The translations under genes were made by a program, and so were the position numbers. From positions 91,204,001 to 91,268,000 of the forward strand of contig NC_045697.1 of assembly GCF_009834535.1 (NCBI RefSeq): 64,000 nucleotides of DNA, read 5' to 3'. The notes beneath the pieces were generated by a model. It made no database searches and was not told the DNA's origin. It saw only the letters and a program-made list of their open reading frames with translations. Positions 39,250-53,024 of the stretch are shown here, in pieces. How positions within the stretch are numbered: the first letter of the stretch is position 1; every line of letters begins with the position of its first letter. The DNA is from Camelus ferus (Eukaryota).

Positions 39250-39510
39250 GATTATTATGATTGAATATCTGTTATATGACAGGTACTGTATTAAGCATTT
39301 TACAAACATTATTTCATTTAGTCCTCACAGCAATCTTACAAAGCAGTTATTATCTGCATTTACAGAAGACAGTGCTTCCCTTTCTTTTCTTCCTTCCTTT
39401 TCCGATAATAACTGTCTCATCATAAGTTATACTCAGCCAGAAAGTGACTGAGGTAGGATTCAAGCTTCACTATAAATGTCTAGCTCCAAAGTCTGTGCTC
39501 TTCCACCAGG
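39250..39510 (-). mobile_element. MIR SINE
   Basis: TATGACAGGTACTGTATTAAGCATTTTACA...TCATTTAGTCCTCACAGCAATC. Confidence 0.7.
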
Positions 39511-40879
39511 CCTTGCGGCATCTTTGAGATTGATATATAGAGTTAATAAGGAAACTGGCCCTCTATTACACAGTGTTTTTATTCTTCATTCTTCCTCCCA
39601 CATTTTCAAAAAAAATTAATGAGAATAAGTAATAGCATACCAAAATGGAAAAATAAAAATCTTGCTTCCTGGTAGTCTTCAATTGCTAAATGTAAATCAC
39701 CATCAGACTTGGCGTCCCTTGTCGTCAAATATTGGAAGATTCTGTCTTCAGCCACACCAGAATTTGAATCAACTACTTGGTCTCAGGCAGGTTTCATCCT
39801 CGACAGAAAATTTTTGAGGATACTCCTGAACAGATAAAGATGTTAACATGTAGGAACTGACATCACTTCTTCCTTTCTGTCTACACCGCAGAATTCCTTT
39901 TGTGGCCAACATATTTCCCACAATTTTGTGCAGATTTGGGGTTTTGGATAATGAGAGTGCTATAGTTGCTTGATTGGGAAAGCCAGAGTTTATAGCCACA
40001 CAGAAGTAAATAGCTCTGGAATATGACAGAGGAAGGGAGGATGAGACCAAAGAGAGCATGCCTTGAATTTTGGAAGAAATTGGGGGAGTTTGCAGGAAGA
40101 GGATATAAAAATTTGGGGAGTAGCTTCCACATTTATAAGAAATGGAGAGACAATTGTGGAGAGAAATTTTCAAGACATTTCCTGAGTTGTATTAATAAAA
40201 ATCCCAACTCCAGAATCATTTTCCTAAAAAAATCAGTAAAAAGATATTAACTGATATTCAATTATTTTTGGAAACTGGACTAAGTTTCCTCGTTAAGACT
40301 GGATCATAAGGTAAATGGACTTTATATGGGTTATAGTCTTATTGAACCATCAGATGTTGAAAATGTTTGCAAAGATACCAGCAAAAAAAAAAAAAAAAAA
40401 AAAAGCTATAGATTTAATATGAAAGCCTGAAGTCAGACTGAAGGAATTCTTATCTTTTAGGAAAGAGGGAACCTACTGGCATTTTGCAGGCTTTATGCCT
40501 ATGCAGAAAAGGATTGGAATGGCCTACTGAAGGTATATACACGCCCCCTCAAAGACTCCCTGTGGCAGTGGGAAGAAGGGCAGAGTGAAGGAAGGTGGGT
40601 GAAAGCCTTCTGCTTTCTAGAAAGACCTTTTCTCTGGGTCCTCTGTTTTGGCAAGAGAAGGGACCTTTGTAACTGCCATCAACATTTCCCTAGGACATAC
40701 CAAGCTGGGATAAAAATAGAGGCATGATCACATTAACAAAACAGTATTTCTCTGACCCCATTCCTCAAAAACTCTGCAGAAAACCCATCCCTTCTCAAAT
40801 TTCTCCTTAGATCAGCCAAGTGTCTAAAACGTTATCTTCTTAAAGGTCTTAAAGATTCCTTCTTGGCCTCCATCATTTT

Positions 40880-42250
40880 ACTCCTCTCCAGCTCTGGTAC
40901 CTGGTGGTGGTTTTTATTGCAAAAGTCACCAGTGTGTCTATGATTTTTTGAAAATTGATCTTCTTTACAAACTTATGTGTAACCAGCGTTTTAACAAACT
41001 TCTCAATCTATCTTCATAGTTAATCAAAGAACACTTTTGATTTATTTTAATTTCACATGAAGCAGCAGGCATACAAATGGCTAGGGAAAGTCTTAAACAT
41101 AAGGTTAAGTTTAGCAAACATTTATAAAAATCTCATTTGGCAATAAATTTCAAAAATTGCAATAATTTTCGGGTCTTAGTTTCTTTGGGATCAATTCTAA
41201 TGCTTTCCAAATGTCTCCACAGCCACATATTTCCCATTAAAATATCTTCACCAGAAAAATTCATCATAGATTTCACTTACATTTAATAAAAATTTCTAAA
41301 GTTTTTCTTCATGGCAAATATCAGAGAAAATGGCTAAATGATCAGTCGATGTCCTGTCCTTGGTGAAAATGACTGAAAAAATTCAAACATTAACCTTTTG
41401 ATATCTTCTGGCAATGTCAGAACAGCATCTTTGGTTGTTTTGATAGTTTATATCTACCTCACAGTTTGAACTTTCATGTGTTGGTTATAATCTAATAATA
41501 CTTTATGTTGAAAATTTTCATAACTAATGAGTAAATTTTAATAAAAGCACAACTTCAGCAAAAGGAGGTTATTTAGGTAACTACTAAATTACATCACTGA
41601 TGTAATATTTTATTTTCTTGGTTTATTTTTAGTTCAAAAGCAATTAACAACTTAAAAAAATACATTTCTATTTTAAACATAGCAAAGTAAAACTCATATA
41701 TGAACTAAAATCTGCATTTAACAACATTACTGCACAAATAAAAGCAAATGGTCACACAGAATGGCAGAACTGAAGTAACGAGTTCTGTTGCTTCATCTTT
41801 AAAGTTGCTGAACTATCAGTACTTATTGCACATCAAAAATTTAAATGCAGGTATATGGAATATCACAGGGGTTGCAGGACTTACTTTCAAAACAAACATG
41901 TGGAGCTGAGCCCATGTGTGCCGAAGGCTAATTGGGTAGTTAGGAATACGATGTTGATTAAAGAAAACGTCACAAAAATGTGCTAATATGGAGCTTACTT
42001 ATATGTTAAAATTCAACAGTTAACTGCAGCAATTGTTTAGAATTTAGGCCCCCAGGTTTTTTTTTGTTTGTTTGTTTTTTTCAGGGAGAGCAATTTCATC
42101 ATTGTCTAGAGTTGCAGAGAATGATGCTAATAAAAAGCAGACCAACTGTTAGTTGGTTTTATTATAGTTTTAAAATTCTCTAGACAAGGCTTGCCCTGCC
42201 TGCCTGCCCTGGGGAAGCCTACTCCATGGTTTTGCCCTTGATAAGTGCTT
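40880..42250 (-). mobile_element. hAT-Tip100 (Zaphod-like) DNA transposon fossil with transposase C-terminal remnant
   Basis: Minus-strand translation of ~41215-40935 gives RHLESIRIDPKETKTRKLLQFLKFIAK*DFYKCLLNLTLCLRLSLAICMPAASCE / LK*IKSVL*LTM / EDRLRSL / HKFVKKINFQKIID, matching the hAT dimerisation domain; subterminal-like sequence at ~42090-42245. Confidence 0.75.
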
Positions 42251-43074
42251 CTGAAGATTTTCTGCAAGGAGGAAACCGCAACAGGCCAAGTGCAGATAAT
42301 TTTGAAATTAACAACTATCATAAATATTTAAGTGTACACAAAACTTTTTTATTTAAAGCTTGGGGCTGAGGTAGCAATTTAATAATTAAAACATCAAAAG
42401 ATTATTGTTTTCTCGATTTTTCTGATTTAGTTATTAGCCAAGTTTTTGTGAGAAGAGTCACCTAAATATGTATTATAAACGCCCTGTGTATGATTGCAGC
42501 AAATGTTCCATTTGACTCCTGTAAGCATCATTCTCAGTGTAAATTGAAGGGGTTGGCCTAGAAGTACTTCCAGGTCTTTTTGGGTCTAAAAGTCTGTGAT
42601 ATCTATTTGGTTTTTTGTGACTGAAAGAACAAACTATCCCCACCCCCTCCACCCCCGGCCCTTTACCTCCCACAGTTCTCCTCCCTACCCCAGTCCTCAG
42701 GGGTTTGCTTGGAGAGGAGATTAAACCCACACATCTTTCTGCATTTCTATAATCTCCACACCAGAAAGATGTGAGACCTGGGCTAAATAGCAAAGGGGAG
42801 AAAACATAAATATAAAGCCTTTTCCGGGTCTTTGTGAGCCTAAGAGTGTCCATGGAGAGGTCGATTGCTCTGGAATGGACTCCATTTCTTATGCAGTGGT
42901 GGTCTCAGGATACAGTCTGAGAAAAAACAAAGGGAACGGACATTGCTCTGCATAAAAATGTCAATGAAAGCTGTCTTCTTCCTGGGAAGAAGCTGTTCTG
43001 AAATTTTGTTGCACATGGAAAAATGGATTTTGGCTCAACTGTTTATGAAAATTAGTTTTTGTTCTTGGAAAACA

Positions 43075-43133
43075 GTGTATGTGTGTGTGTGTGTGTGTAT
43101 GTGTGGGGTATGTGTTTGTGTGTGTGTGGTGTG
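43075..43133. repeat. Imperfect (TG)n microsatellite
   Basis: Seen directly. Confidence 0.85.
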
Positions 43134-43429
43134 TTATGCAAGAGACACCCACTGGACTACCTGAGGGGATGAGAAATGTACCTCACGTCTTAAACTAGAG
43201 GGAAAGCTTGACGTGATTCAAATTTAGAGTGCCAACGCCCTCCTTCAGCTGTCCTGCTGAAGGCGCTTTGCTACTGCTCTTGGCAGAATAACTCACATTT
43301 TAGAAAATATAGTGAGGGTCCTACTGATGGTCTAGAGGCCAGGAGGAGAGGTGAATCCTAGGATAAGACCAAATCCTAGGTGTGTAGTTGTCTTCTTTCT
43401 CCTCATCTTCCTAGTGCTCCTCCTCCTCC

Positions 43430-44130
43430 TCATTTTTTAATTGATGTAAACATAAGAAGATGGAATAGATTAATAGACCTCCATGTTCCCATCACCTGTT
43501 CACAACCTTTGGCTAATCTTACCCCATCTTCCCACCTCACACACATAAATTTAAAGCAAATCGCAGGCACCTATGATTTCATTCTTAACTTAAAAATGAC
43601 TCCCTATTTTACATGACTGTAATACTCTTATCTTACCTAAAAAATTAATAGTAACTCCTCAAACTATCCAATATCTAGTCAGTGTTCACAGCATTTACAT
43701 TTTCAGTTGTCCCATGATTGTCTTTAAAATTTTATTTTATTTATTTTTTTAATTTGTTTACACAATGTGAATGGCTGATCTTTCTTTTAAGTGTCTTTTA
43801 TTTTATAGTCTACCCTCTCATCCTTTCTTCCCCACTGCAGTGGTGTTTTCTCAAAGGAAGGTAGATGTTTGCACTGAGGAAGTATACATAAAAATAGTAA
43901 TATTTAATCATCCTGGGTATAATAATAATAATTACTTGACACAACATGTACTTTGTATCCATGTTATATGAAGTACTTAACATATCTTAACTCATTTAAT
44001 CCTCACAACCACTCAATGGTTTAGAAATCAGTTTACACTCTTTAGACCTGGAGACCAGTTACTGCCCAGCTGTAAGACTCTACAGAGTAAAAACACTGCT
44101 TCCCCAGAGTCCACCTCAAAAATCATCACT
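43430..44130 (-). mobile_element. Old L1 3' fragment followed by a MIR (~43915-44130)
   Basis: CTCCATGTTCCCATCACC...ATCCAATATCTAGTCAGTGTTCA; then CTCATTTAATCCTCACAACC. Confidence 0.6.
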
Positions 44131-44533
44131 GTCCCATGCACTGCATTTTCCTTTCTTCCATCTTTCCTTTCCACTTTTCCCTTGCATTTTGGGTACTTGT
44201 AAATACTTCTGTGGGCAGGCAGTGCCTGCACTTATGTTCTTAAGCTCTGCAAATTCAGGTTTAGTCCTAGCAAACCTCAGACAGTAGCTTTACATTAGAG
44301 CAGAATGGTTAAGATAGTCCTATCCACTTTAGAGATAGAGATTTGTTTCAGTTCTGGGACCTGATCTCCTTTAACAGATGCTGGAAAAAATCTGGGGCCT
44401 CCTAAGGAAAACACATTATTAATGGCTGCTGGAAAGAATTAATACATATTTAATTGAGGTTGGAGTTGTTAAAAGATTTTTTTAATTAAAATCAAAATTC
44501 TCACACAAATATGAAATGAACAAATGCCAAAGA

Positions 44534-44965
44534 TTTTATTGAACTCTTTCATTAATGAGGAAACAGTAAGATGTTACAACCAGTTTAAAGGGAAAATATG
44601 AAGAATAAACACTTATATACAGGCAATAAGGAACGAGAAAATGAAATTGCTAATAGATGTATAAACTTCATAGGCCAATAAAATGTTTAATTGTTGGAAT
44701 CTTCTGCAAGGGAAAATCAAATGTCTTTCTACAAGACAAAATTCATTTGCATCTCTGTGGACAATGACTTGCATGACTGTCAGTTTTCTACAATTTACAG
44801 AGTTGTGAAGCAGTCTAGTCAAAGGCAGCAAAAGGAACAGACCCCTGTAAAATCAGATAATCCGCAAAGGTCTTCTGGACAATGCCTAGCTTTCCACTGA
44901 AGGGATACCCAGCAATCTTTTGCCCATTTCAAAGACTTTCACAAATTTCCTAACAGATTCATAAA
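44534..44965 (-). mobile_element. L4 (RTE-X) LINE 3' fragment
   Basis: TTTATTGAACTC...ATTAATGAGGAAACAGTAAGATGTTA resembles the recalled antisense L4 tail; colinear similarity with 51075-51490. Confidence 0.6.
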
Positions 44966-45779
44966 TAAAAATGTATATATCAAGTACAGCAACCAGGCGA
45001 GGTGATTTCTTGAGTAGATTCTTTAAAACAGTAATGATGTTCACAGAGAATCTCAGCTAGCCAGCTACAACTCTCCTGCTGTATTTCCCTTTTCCCCTAA
45101 ATTGTCTCTTTATTTTAAACCATCATCATGGAGGATTTGGTACTGGAGGAAGGTAGAAAACTTGAACATTGTGTCCAACAAAGTGTGACTTAAGAAAAGT
45201 GCATAACTATCACATCCTTCTTGGGGTGGTTTACTCCTGACACTTTCAAACCACCTGCAGAAAGCTGATTACTTGCTTATCTGTTGCCTGCAATGTAGTC
45301 TCAAAATCAGGCCAGCTAATGGTGTTTTCTCAGCATACTTTAAATTCATTAAATTGCACTGATATTTGCTGTATCCAACTTTATGATAAAAATATTGGCC
45401 AGTGGACAGTTTATTGGTCTAGAAAGCTCATTCTCTCTTCCTCCCAGTTTTAATAGCCAAGGCCATAATTGGGGTGTAAAATGTAACCCCTGAAGTAATT
45501 TTCACGTGCTAACTCTTCCCAGGCTTCAGACTTCAGACTCTAGACATGCTTGGGGCATTGTTCTGTCCTACTGGCTCAGACCTTCAGTTGTGCCAGTCAG
45601 TACCTGTTCCTTCCCACTCATCTGGATCTTCTCTTCATACCAGGAGCCAGATAATTTCAGGATCACAGTGTTAGAGCCTCCAGGAATTTTCCTTGTTTTA
45701 GGGGCAAGGGATCATGACCACCGGCAGCCAAATATCAAAGTCCATGCCCAGTAGGAATGATTATCTAAACAAAAGTGAG

Positions 45780-46505
45780 CAGGAGATACTAAAACTTCAA
45801 ATGGCACGCTAGGAACAGCCTACTGGAAATAATTCCTAAGTGAAAGTACAGTGAGATACTATCCCCCTGAAAAAATTAGAAAATACTTAGTATTTACTTA
45901 CTTTGCTTTAAACAAACTAAAATATCCAATGTCAATGAGGGTGTGGTTAGTAGATGTGCATTTTGGTAAAGACATTTGGTAAATTAAATGGCTCCATGAT
46001 CAAGAGCCTTAGAATTTCCTACCTCTTGATCCACCAAGTCTTCAGGGATAATTCAAAAAATAGTGAAAAGTTCATGCACAAAAATTTTAGTATTTTTTAT
46101 AACAAGAAATTGAAAGCAGCCTGAATTTAACAATAAAGATTGATAATAGTCATTTGTGTGTGTTTTGAAATAAGATATGGGCATTTAAATAATGATTATT
46201 AAGAGCTTAAAAACACAGGAAAATGTATGATAATGGGATTTTTTAAAGTTTTTACTGTGGAAAGATATCAAACAGATAAAAAAGTAGAGAAACTAGCATG
46301 ACAAACCCTCATGTAACCATCACACTGCTTAACAGTTACCAATACAGAGACATTTATTTTGTTTACCCCATTCATTTTCCTTCCCAGATTATTTGAAGCC
46401 AATCTGAGACATTGTATCATTTCATATGAAAATGTTTCAGCATATACTTCTAAAAGAATTATTTAAAAAAAAACACTTGCCATCTAAAATATTAATAATA
46501 TACCC
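45780..46505. mobile_element. Two old L1 3' fragments (+ then -)
   Basis: AAAGTACAGTGAGATACTAT... on the plus strand; TTTTTACTGTGGAAAGATATCAAACAGATAAAAAAGTAGAGAA marks the minus-strand piece. Confidence 0.5.
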
Positions 46506-49461
46506 ATCAGAAAATAGAGTATTAAAAAAACAATGTTCCAAACAAAAACCCACAATTATTATATTTGTTTCATCAGTTCTTTTGATTCTGTATAATTAAC
46601 TCTTGTTCCATTGGATCTTGGATTAGCAATCTGAGTTCACAAAGTTACCAGTTTCAGGACCAAAAAACAAGTCCTAGAATTCCTGGTACTGTCTGAAAGT
46701 TTTCTAAAGGCTGTCATGTCAGAAGCCTGTATTCTGGGTCCATACTTTGAAGTATCAATAGTTAGGTGTACACAGTACAATCTTTTCTCCGAGGCTGTAA
46801 GAATTTTTTGTTAAAGATTTGATCTCTGGCTTGTAACTTAGAGCAGAGCCTTCAGGCAAGCATGAGGGAAAAGCAGAAAGGACCTCTAAGAATGAATGGG
46901 TGTGGTTAATTTATTACATCAACTAGCAATATCAGAATGGAGAACAGAACTGTCTAATGAGTGCATGTTTCATAAAGATATGATCAATGTTTTCTCTGAG
47001 GATAAGAACATAGTATGGACAGCAAGGGCAGTGCCAAATCTTAAGGACCTCCCTGTAAATTGTACCTACCCTGAAATATTTTTATTAATGACATTTTACC
47101 TTTACAAACTTACCTTGGGAAAGGCTGAGCATCCCTTCTGATTGGACAACTCTTCCTGGGCTACTCTTACAATAATATTAAGCTTATTAAAAAGTATTAT
47201 GCTATCCAACACACCTAATTATTTCTAACATTCTCTCTTTATAAGGTAAAAGAACAAAATCTTTGTGATTTTCCAGAGGTTCTTAGAGAATCTCCAAGGT
47301 AGTTTTCAGTATAGAGACAATCTGAGAATTTTATATTTTCTGAATTTAGGGTCTGGATTTAGGAAGGCAAAAGCAACAGACTTAATAGAGGAGACTTGGT
47401 CCATGATTAAAATAGGTGTTTGAGAAAAAAAGTTTAGTTACCTAATCATTAAAGCAACCATATAATATTTAAAATAGACATAGAAGTAGGTAAAAAGATT
47501 TTAAGTAATGCTGACTCTTTCAGGTGTGAAGACACTTTGTTCTTTGTTTCTAAAAAATAATCACAGGATAAAATCAACACAAAATACAGAAAATTATTCT
47601 GGTGCAATATAAGTCTCTACTATCTGAATGGGTTAGACAAAATATAAATAATAACTGCTTATTACCCCTTGTTAAAAGCCCTAATGCAATCTAACATTTT
47701 AATAGAGAGAAAGCCAAATTCTGTTTTTGCATTAATTCAATAGTTGGCAATAAAGAATTCCAAGTTCCTTAAAAAAATTATCTTTTGAATAAACCCATCA
47801 AAACAGAGAACTCTGCCAAAATTTTAACATATTTTATTGCTTCTTTTTAGAAAACCGTCACAAATGTGGTTAATTTCAGTAAGCCTTCTATAATTTTCTA
47901 TCTCCATTCAAGGTTTGTCTTTCCTTATCCTATTTCATGTTCTGAAACAGATGTTTTCCTTTAGAACAAAACCACTCATGTTTTCTTTGAAAAACGAAAC
48001 AAATTCCTTTATTTTACAAATTTATTGTTCTTGTCTTTAGCATTGCTTACACCATTGTCACTATTGTTCTTAGTTTATGGTCTTACTACTCATATTAACT
48101 ATATAACTTTTAAACAAACTAACCTCCATCTCACAGAGAAAACGGGAGATGTGTAATTGATAAAGTGTTATTTACATGCATACATTTGTTCATTAACATG
48201 ATCCAAAAGCATGCTACTCCATAGCATAGTAATAAGAAACGAAGATATATATATACATACTATGTTTAGTAATCAGTGTTTTAGCAGTCTATCTTAGAGA
48301 AGAAATTATTTCAGTATCCAAAGATTATCCATTAATTAAGTTGATTTAGTATTAGTCTGATATTTTAAAGTTAAGAATATTAGAAATTATATTTCAGCTA
48401 ACGTACTATAGAACATGTGATTATTCTTATCAAAAGGTTGTCAAAATTATAATTCAACTTCGTTAGACACATAATTTTACACTTTTCATAATCCTTAATA
48501 TTTTTAAGTAGTAATTCAAAATTATTTCATCAATAAACCAGCAGAGGAAGTTGAGGAAGCTCAGAAATAAAGCTTAGATCTTCTAAAAAATAAAATGTAC
48601 AAATGTAGTATACTTACTACTAAAATTAGGAGAAAAAGACATAGTTTTTTAAAACCAAAATTATAAACTGATTTATCCAAAGAGTCACCTTAATTGTGTA
48701 AATTTAATTATTATGAATTATGCATATATATTTATATTGTCATATAAAATGCTTCTCAGGACTTTCTGAAAGAATGTTTTTGCTAAAAGGCTAGAACATT
48801 TAGAGTATTCTAATATTTAGTTCCTTTATCTTCTAGGAATTCTGGAAATATTAGATTTATGTAAGCATACTATAAGTATAAATAATTGACTTACTTTATA
48901 GGTCAATTAGAACAGAATTCTTTTAATTTAAGACCTTATAATCTAATTTATTAATACCTTCCAAAGGTGAGAAAATATTTCACACACACAATGAGAGATA
49001 AAAGCTTTTCTTAGTTACGGAGAACTGCCTGGTTTCAGCTCTGTAACCTCAGCTACGGGTCAGGAGTAAACTCAGAAACAAAAACCTCAAGGAGATGTTT
49101 TCCTTTCTAGTGGGCACAAATTGTTTTCTTAATTGATTTGAGCTCACAGTAGATAAACAGCCAAACAAAAAGACTGACAAACTGGATTAGCTGTTGTCTC
49201 TCACCCAATAGAAAAATAGATCCCTATTATCCACCTGACAGAGAAGATCAAGTGAGCAGATCATAAAACCAAATTTTCCATAATAATCAGCCATGTGCAT
49301 TATCAGAATTATATATATTAACTATGGAGTTGAGACCCACCTAGCAGTCCTGGATCTGGCTTTACAACAAGACATGGCCCAACCCACAAGTTTTGCAAGG
49401 ATGCTTTCTAGATTATGCAGTTGAGACCTGTCTACTGGTTAGAGATAAGACATGGACTTAC

Positions 49462-50148
49462 CAGTGCCTGGACCTAGCTGTGAAAAGACACATATAGGTT
49501 TTTTACCAAATGCAAGTTCGTGAGCCTGACACACAACTGAGGTAAAACAAACCAAAACATTGGAGTTTGGAGCAGAGAAAAGTTTATTGTAGGGCTGAGC
49601 AAGGAGAATGGGTGGCTCATGCTCAAAATACCCCAAACTCCCTGAAGGGTTTCAGCAAAGCATTTTTAAAAGCCAGGTGAGGGACAGGGGCTGAAGGGTA
49701 TGTGATCAGCTTGTACACAATTCTCTGATTGGTTGATGTTGGGGTAATAGAGTGGGTAATACTATCAACCCTTTGCTGCCCATAGGTCTGAGGACTCATG
49801 ATCATCAGGTAGTTAATTTATTCCATTTGGTGGTGGTTTTAGCATCTGTAAGACAACTCAGGAAGTGTGCATTAGATACCATTATCTAGACACTTCAGAG
49901 AGGAGCCACGGCAGAGGATATGGGAGAGGTGTCTGTCCTGGGAAGGCCCCGTAGGGTCCTGCTTGGTTACAGGTTCATATACTGCAGCTCTCCCTAAAAC
50001 AAGCACTAGTGTGTAGCATTGGCCTATCTCTGTGGTGTGAATTTTCCTATAATTGCTGCTTTCAGTTGTGTTACCAATGTCACAAATGCAGAATTGGTGT
50101 ATGTATTTTGTTCTCACACACCAGTATAATCTGCTCCAGGACACAACT
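49462..50148 (-). mobile_element. MER63-like hAT-Blackjack element split by an LTR
   Basis: CAGTG...CAACTG ends; TGTAGCATTGGCCTATCTCTGTGGTGTGAA and CTGCTCCAGGACACAACTG match recalled antisense MER63. Confidence 0.6.
49501..49971 (-). mobile_element. ERV1-class solo LTR
   Basis: T(T)TTACC...GGTTACA ends; 4-bp TSD GGTT at 49497-49500 and 49972-49975; minus-strand AATAAA near 49583. Confidence 0.85.
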
Positions 50149-50414
50149 GTGCTTAATTTAAGTTAATCAAAACAGACAGACTAGCAGACTTGGCTCAGAA
50201 CTGAAACAAAAACAAAAATACAAAATCAGAAAAAAAGGAAGAAGAGCTTTAGAAATGCAAAGTTAGTCACTTGGCATTCACTCTGGAAGAGAAACAAAGA
50301 CATGCTTAAGTTTAATCAGACCTTGAGGTACACGTCTAAGGCCTTGAAGTTTAATGGCACCAGCAGGTAAGTCCACTTGAATATCTCAGTGGATCTTCCA
50401 GAATGGCCCCAGTA

Positions 50415-50935
50415 ATTAGCACTTCACAAGGTAGCTTGTTCTATTTGTGAACAATCCTCATAGTCAGAAAACTTTTATTTATACTCAGCCAAAAATCTAT
50501 TTTCCTATAACTTCTAACCAAAGAGCTTAGTCATGCTCTTGGGAAATGCACAAAATAAATCTAATCCTTCCTTTATTCAGTGAACTTTCAATATTGATTA
50601 CAATTATCTTAGGATTTTAGTTCTGGTCCAACTCATTCATTTTACAGACAAAGAATCTGAGACCTAGAAAGGGTAATGACTTTTCCTCAATTCATACAGC
50701 CCTGTGATTTGTCACATTTGATACAATCAGAGATGAAACTTAAAAACTGTCACAACACTTCCCTCTTCAGTCTTTGTTCCTTAGTTGTATTAATATTTCA
50801 TCTAACATGCTTTCAAGATATCTCATCTTAGCTGCCCTCTTCTTGTTTAGACAATGTCAGTCTAAAAATGAGGTACCAAGAACATAATCAAATGCCACAG
50901 GTGTCAGCTGATTAGTTCAGGGAACAGTGTACATT
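50415..50935 (-). mobile_element. L3/CR1 fragments with a MIR insert (~50610-50710)
   Basis: AGTCAGAAAACTTTTATTTATACTCAGCCAAAAATCT...CACAAAATAAATCTAATCC; MIR core CATTTTACAGACAAAGAATCTGAG. Confidence 0.55.
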
Positions 50936-51074
50936 CTGAATTTTTGAGTTATTAATATTTTCTAAACCATTTGGACTACTGCTTCACTTTTAAACTCGTG
51001 TTCTTGTCAAATATAATTTTCAAAAGTTAAAAATATGACTGTCATAGAGATAAAGAAAGAACACAGGTCAAAAA

Positions 51075-51600
51075 TTTATTCAACTTATTAATGAAGGAAA
51101 TAGAAGGTAATAAACCTGGTTTTAAAACTATTTGAGAAACTGGGAAATATATAGTCCATCAAGAAAGGCACATTGCAATAAGTTTTTTTAAGTTAGAAAA
51201 AAATCTCAATACCCTGTAAGTCAATAAATCATGACTTTTGAGATTATCTTTTCCACCAAAGAGAAATCATCTGCATATCTATCAGGTAAAAACCTACAAG
51301 TTAACATCTTTCTTAGTGTTTGGGCTCTAACTGATAATAAGTAACGAAACCGAACAAGGTCACTCTCCTAGAAAATTGCGAAGTCCTTAAGTGCACCTCT
51401 TGAGCAATGTCCCGGTATGACATTAAAAGGACGTATAATCCTCTCTTTTGCTTACCTTCAAGTATCATAGAACATTTCTTAACATATCTTTATATGAACT
51501 GTTGTTTTGCCAGCCTCCTACAACCTGTTAAAGTATAACAAGACAGGACTTCACATTTGTTTATGTGAAGTTATTTCTGTCTGTTTTTCTAGTTTATCTT
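51075..51600 (-). mobile_element. L4 (RTE-X) LINE 3' fragment
   Basis: TTTATTCAACTTATTAATGAAGGAAA...; colinear with 44534-44965. Confidence 0.55.
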
Positions 51601-52629
51601 CCTTCCCATTGCAGAATTTTTTTTCAGTAGTGTCCATGATAAATGATGGTCAATGTTGAGGAACTCTGCATGGCAAGGTAGCTCAATTTATTGTTAGAAA
51701 CTCTTGTTCTTAGTGAGGTCTTGCTTATACTGGCAGAAATATGCTCCCCTGTAATTTTTACCCACTGGAGATTTGGATTAAAGGGTAGACAAACCGGGCA
51801 GCTCCTGAGCATTAATTTAAAGAAGGGTGTTAAAATATCCTTAAGCTCAGTTGTTAAAGAGTGCCTGTTAACACACACCACTCCTCACATAACTGAGGTC
51901 ATGTAAACTGGTCCTACAGTATGGAATCAGACAGTGCTGTCAAGGGGAAATTTTAAAACGTTATTCATTATCTACACAAAGCGATCTCTGCTGAGTATTT
52001 TTGAGAGACCAACGTGTGACTAGCACAAGGCAGCAAAGGACTAGTCCCCATACTTCTGCACTTGCCCCCTGGCGCCTGACAATATGGCCATCTGAAATTC
52101 CAAAACCCAATAAAACCATGAGATGTGCTAGGAATGAGTGGTTTATTTTATTTTCTAAATTATAAACCCTTTATTAGGCCATAATTTTCCCACTGAGATG
52201 ATTATAAAATAACCTAAGATTATATATAATACAGTAAGTATTGAATAAGAGAAGGATATGTATGCCAACATAAAAGTCAGATAGAGGAACTCAAATAAAT
52301 GTGGGCAGGATATTTAACGCTACCCTTGTAAATCACCTCTAGTCTTACTTAGAGAGTGTAAGTGGCTTGTGCTACCCAATTGTGAGTTGTATAAAAGCTG
52401 GAAAAATATTTCAAGAAGTTGAAGGTATATTGTTATGTAACCACATTAATAAATCCTTTATTTTGAGCATAAAGAGCTATACATTTTGTTAACAACGACA
52501 AAAAAGGGTTCTTCCTACCTTTGCTAGATACACGTTTAACAAATATTAAAGGAATACAGATATGCATCGCTACCAAATTATGAGCCCTCATGTCTCATTC
52601 TAGCTCTGCTGATTGGCTCCAGCTCTAGC

Positions 52630-52870
52630 ACCTGGAGCCCTGCAAAATAAATTTAATCCAGTTCCCATATGACTGACCTTCAAATACTTGAGAAGTTACC
52701 CCATCCTCCTGCAGTCTTGTCTTCAGATAAAATAAGTGTGCCCCTCCTTGGGAATGGCTTCAAGACTGGTCATTTTCATGATTACCTTCCTCCAGAGGCT
52801 TTCTAATTTGCCAGGGTATCCAAATGTGACTCCCAGTATCAAACACAGCATAACAAATGTCTGATGTCAC
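52630..52870 (-). mobile_element. L3/CR1 fragment
   Basis: AAAATAAATTTAATCC...CATATGACTGACCTTCAAATACTTGA. Confidence 0.55.
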
Positions 52871-53024
52871 TTTTATATCAGGCGGTTATCAACCTGCTTT
52901 GTTAACTCTGTGTTAAAAACAAGGGAAATGTAATGAAAATAAACATCCCACATCCCTTCAATGGAGTGGCCTAGCCTCTTAAACTTCCTGGAGCAATTGA
53001 GAGTTCTCACCGAGCTTAGGGGCG

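Larger units (their letters stand above)
46570..50410 (-). mobile_element. Non-autonomous ERV1 internal sequence (MER4-group-like), interrupted at ~49462-50148
   Basis: Long AT-rich, ORF-less tract resembling recalled MER4-group int sequence (e.g. TTCTGTATAATTAACTCTTGTTCCATTGGATCTTGG); similar sequence resumes after 50150. Confidence 0.55.
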
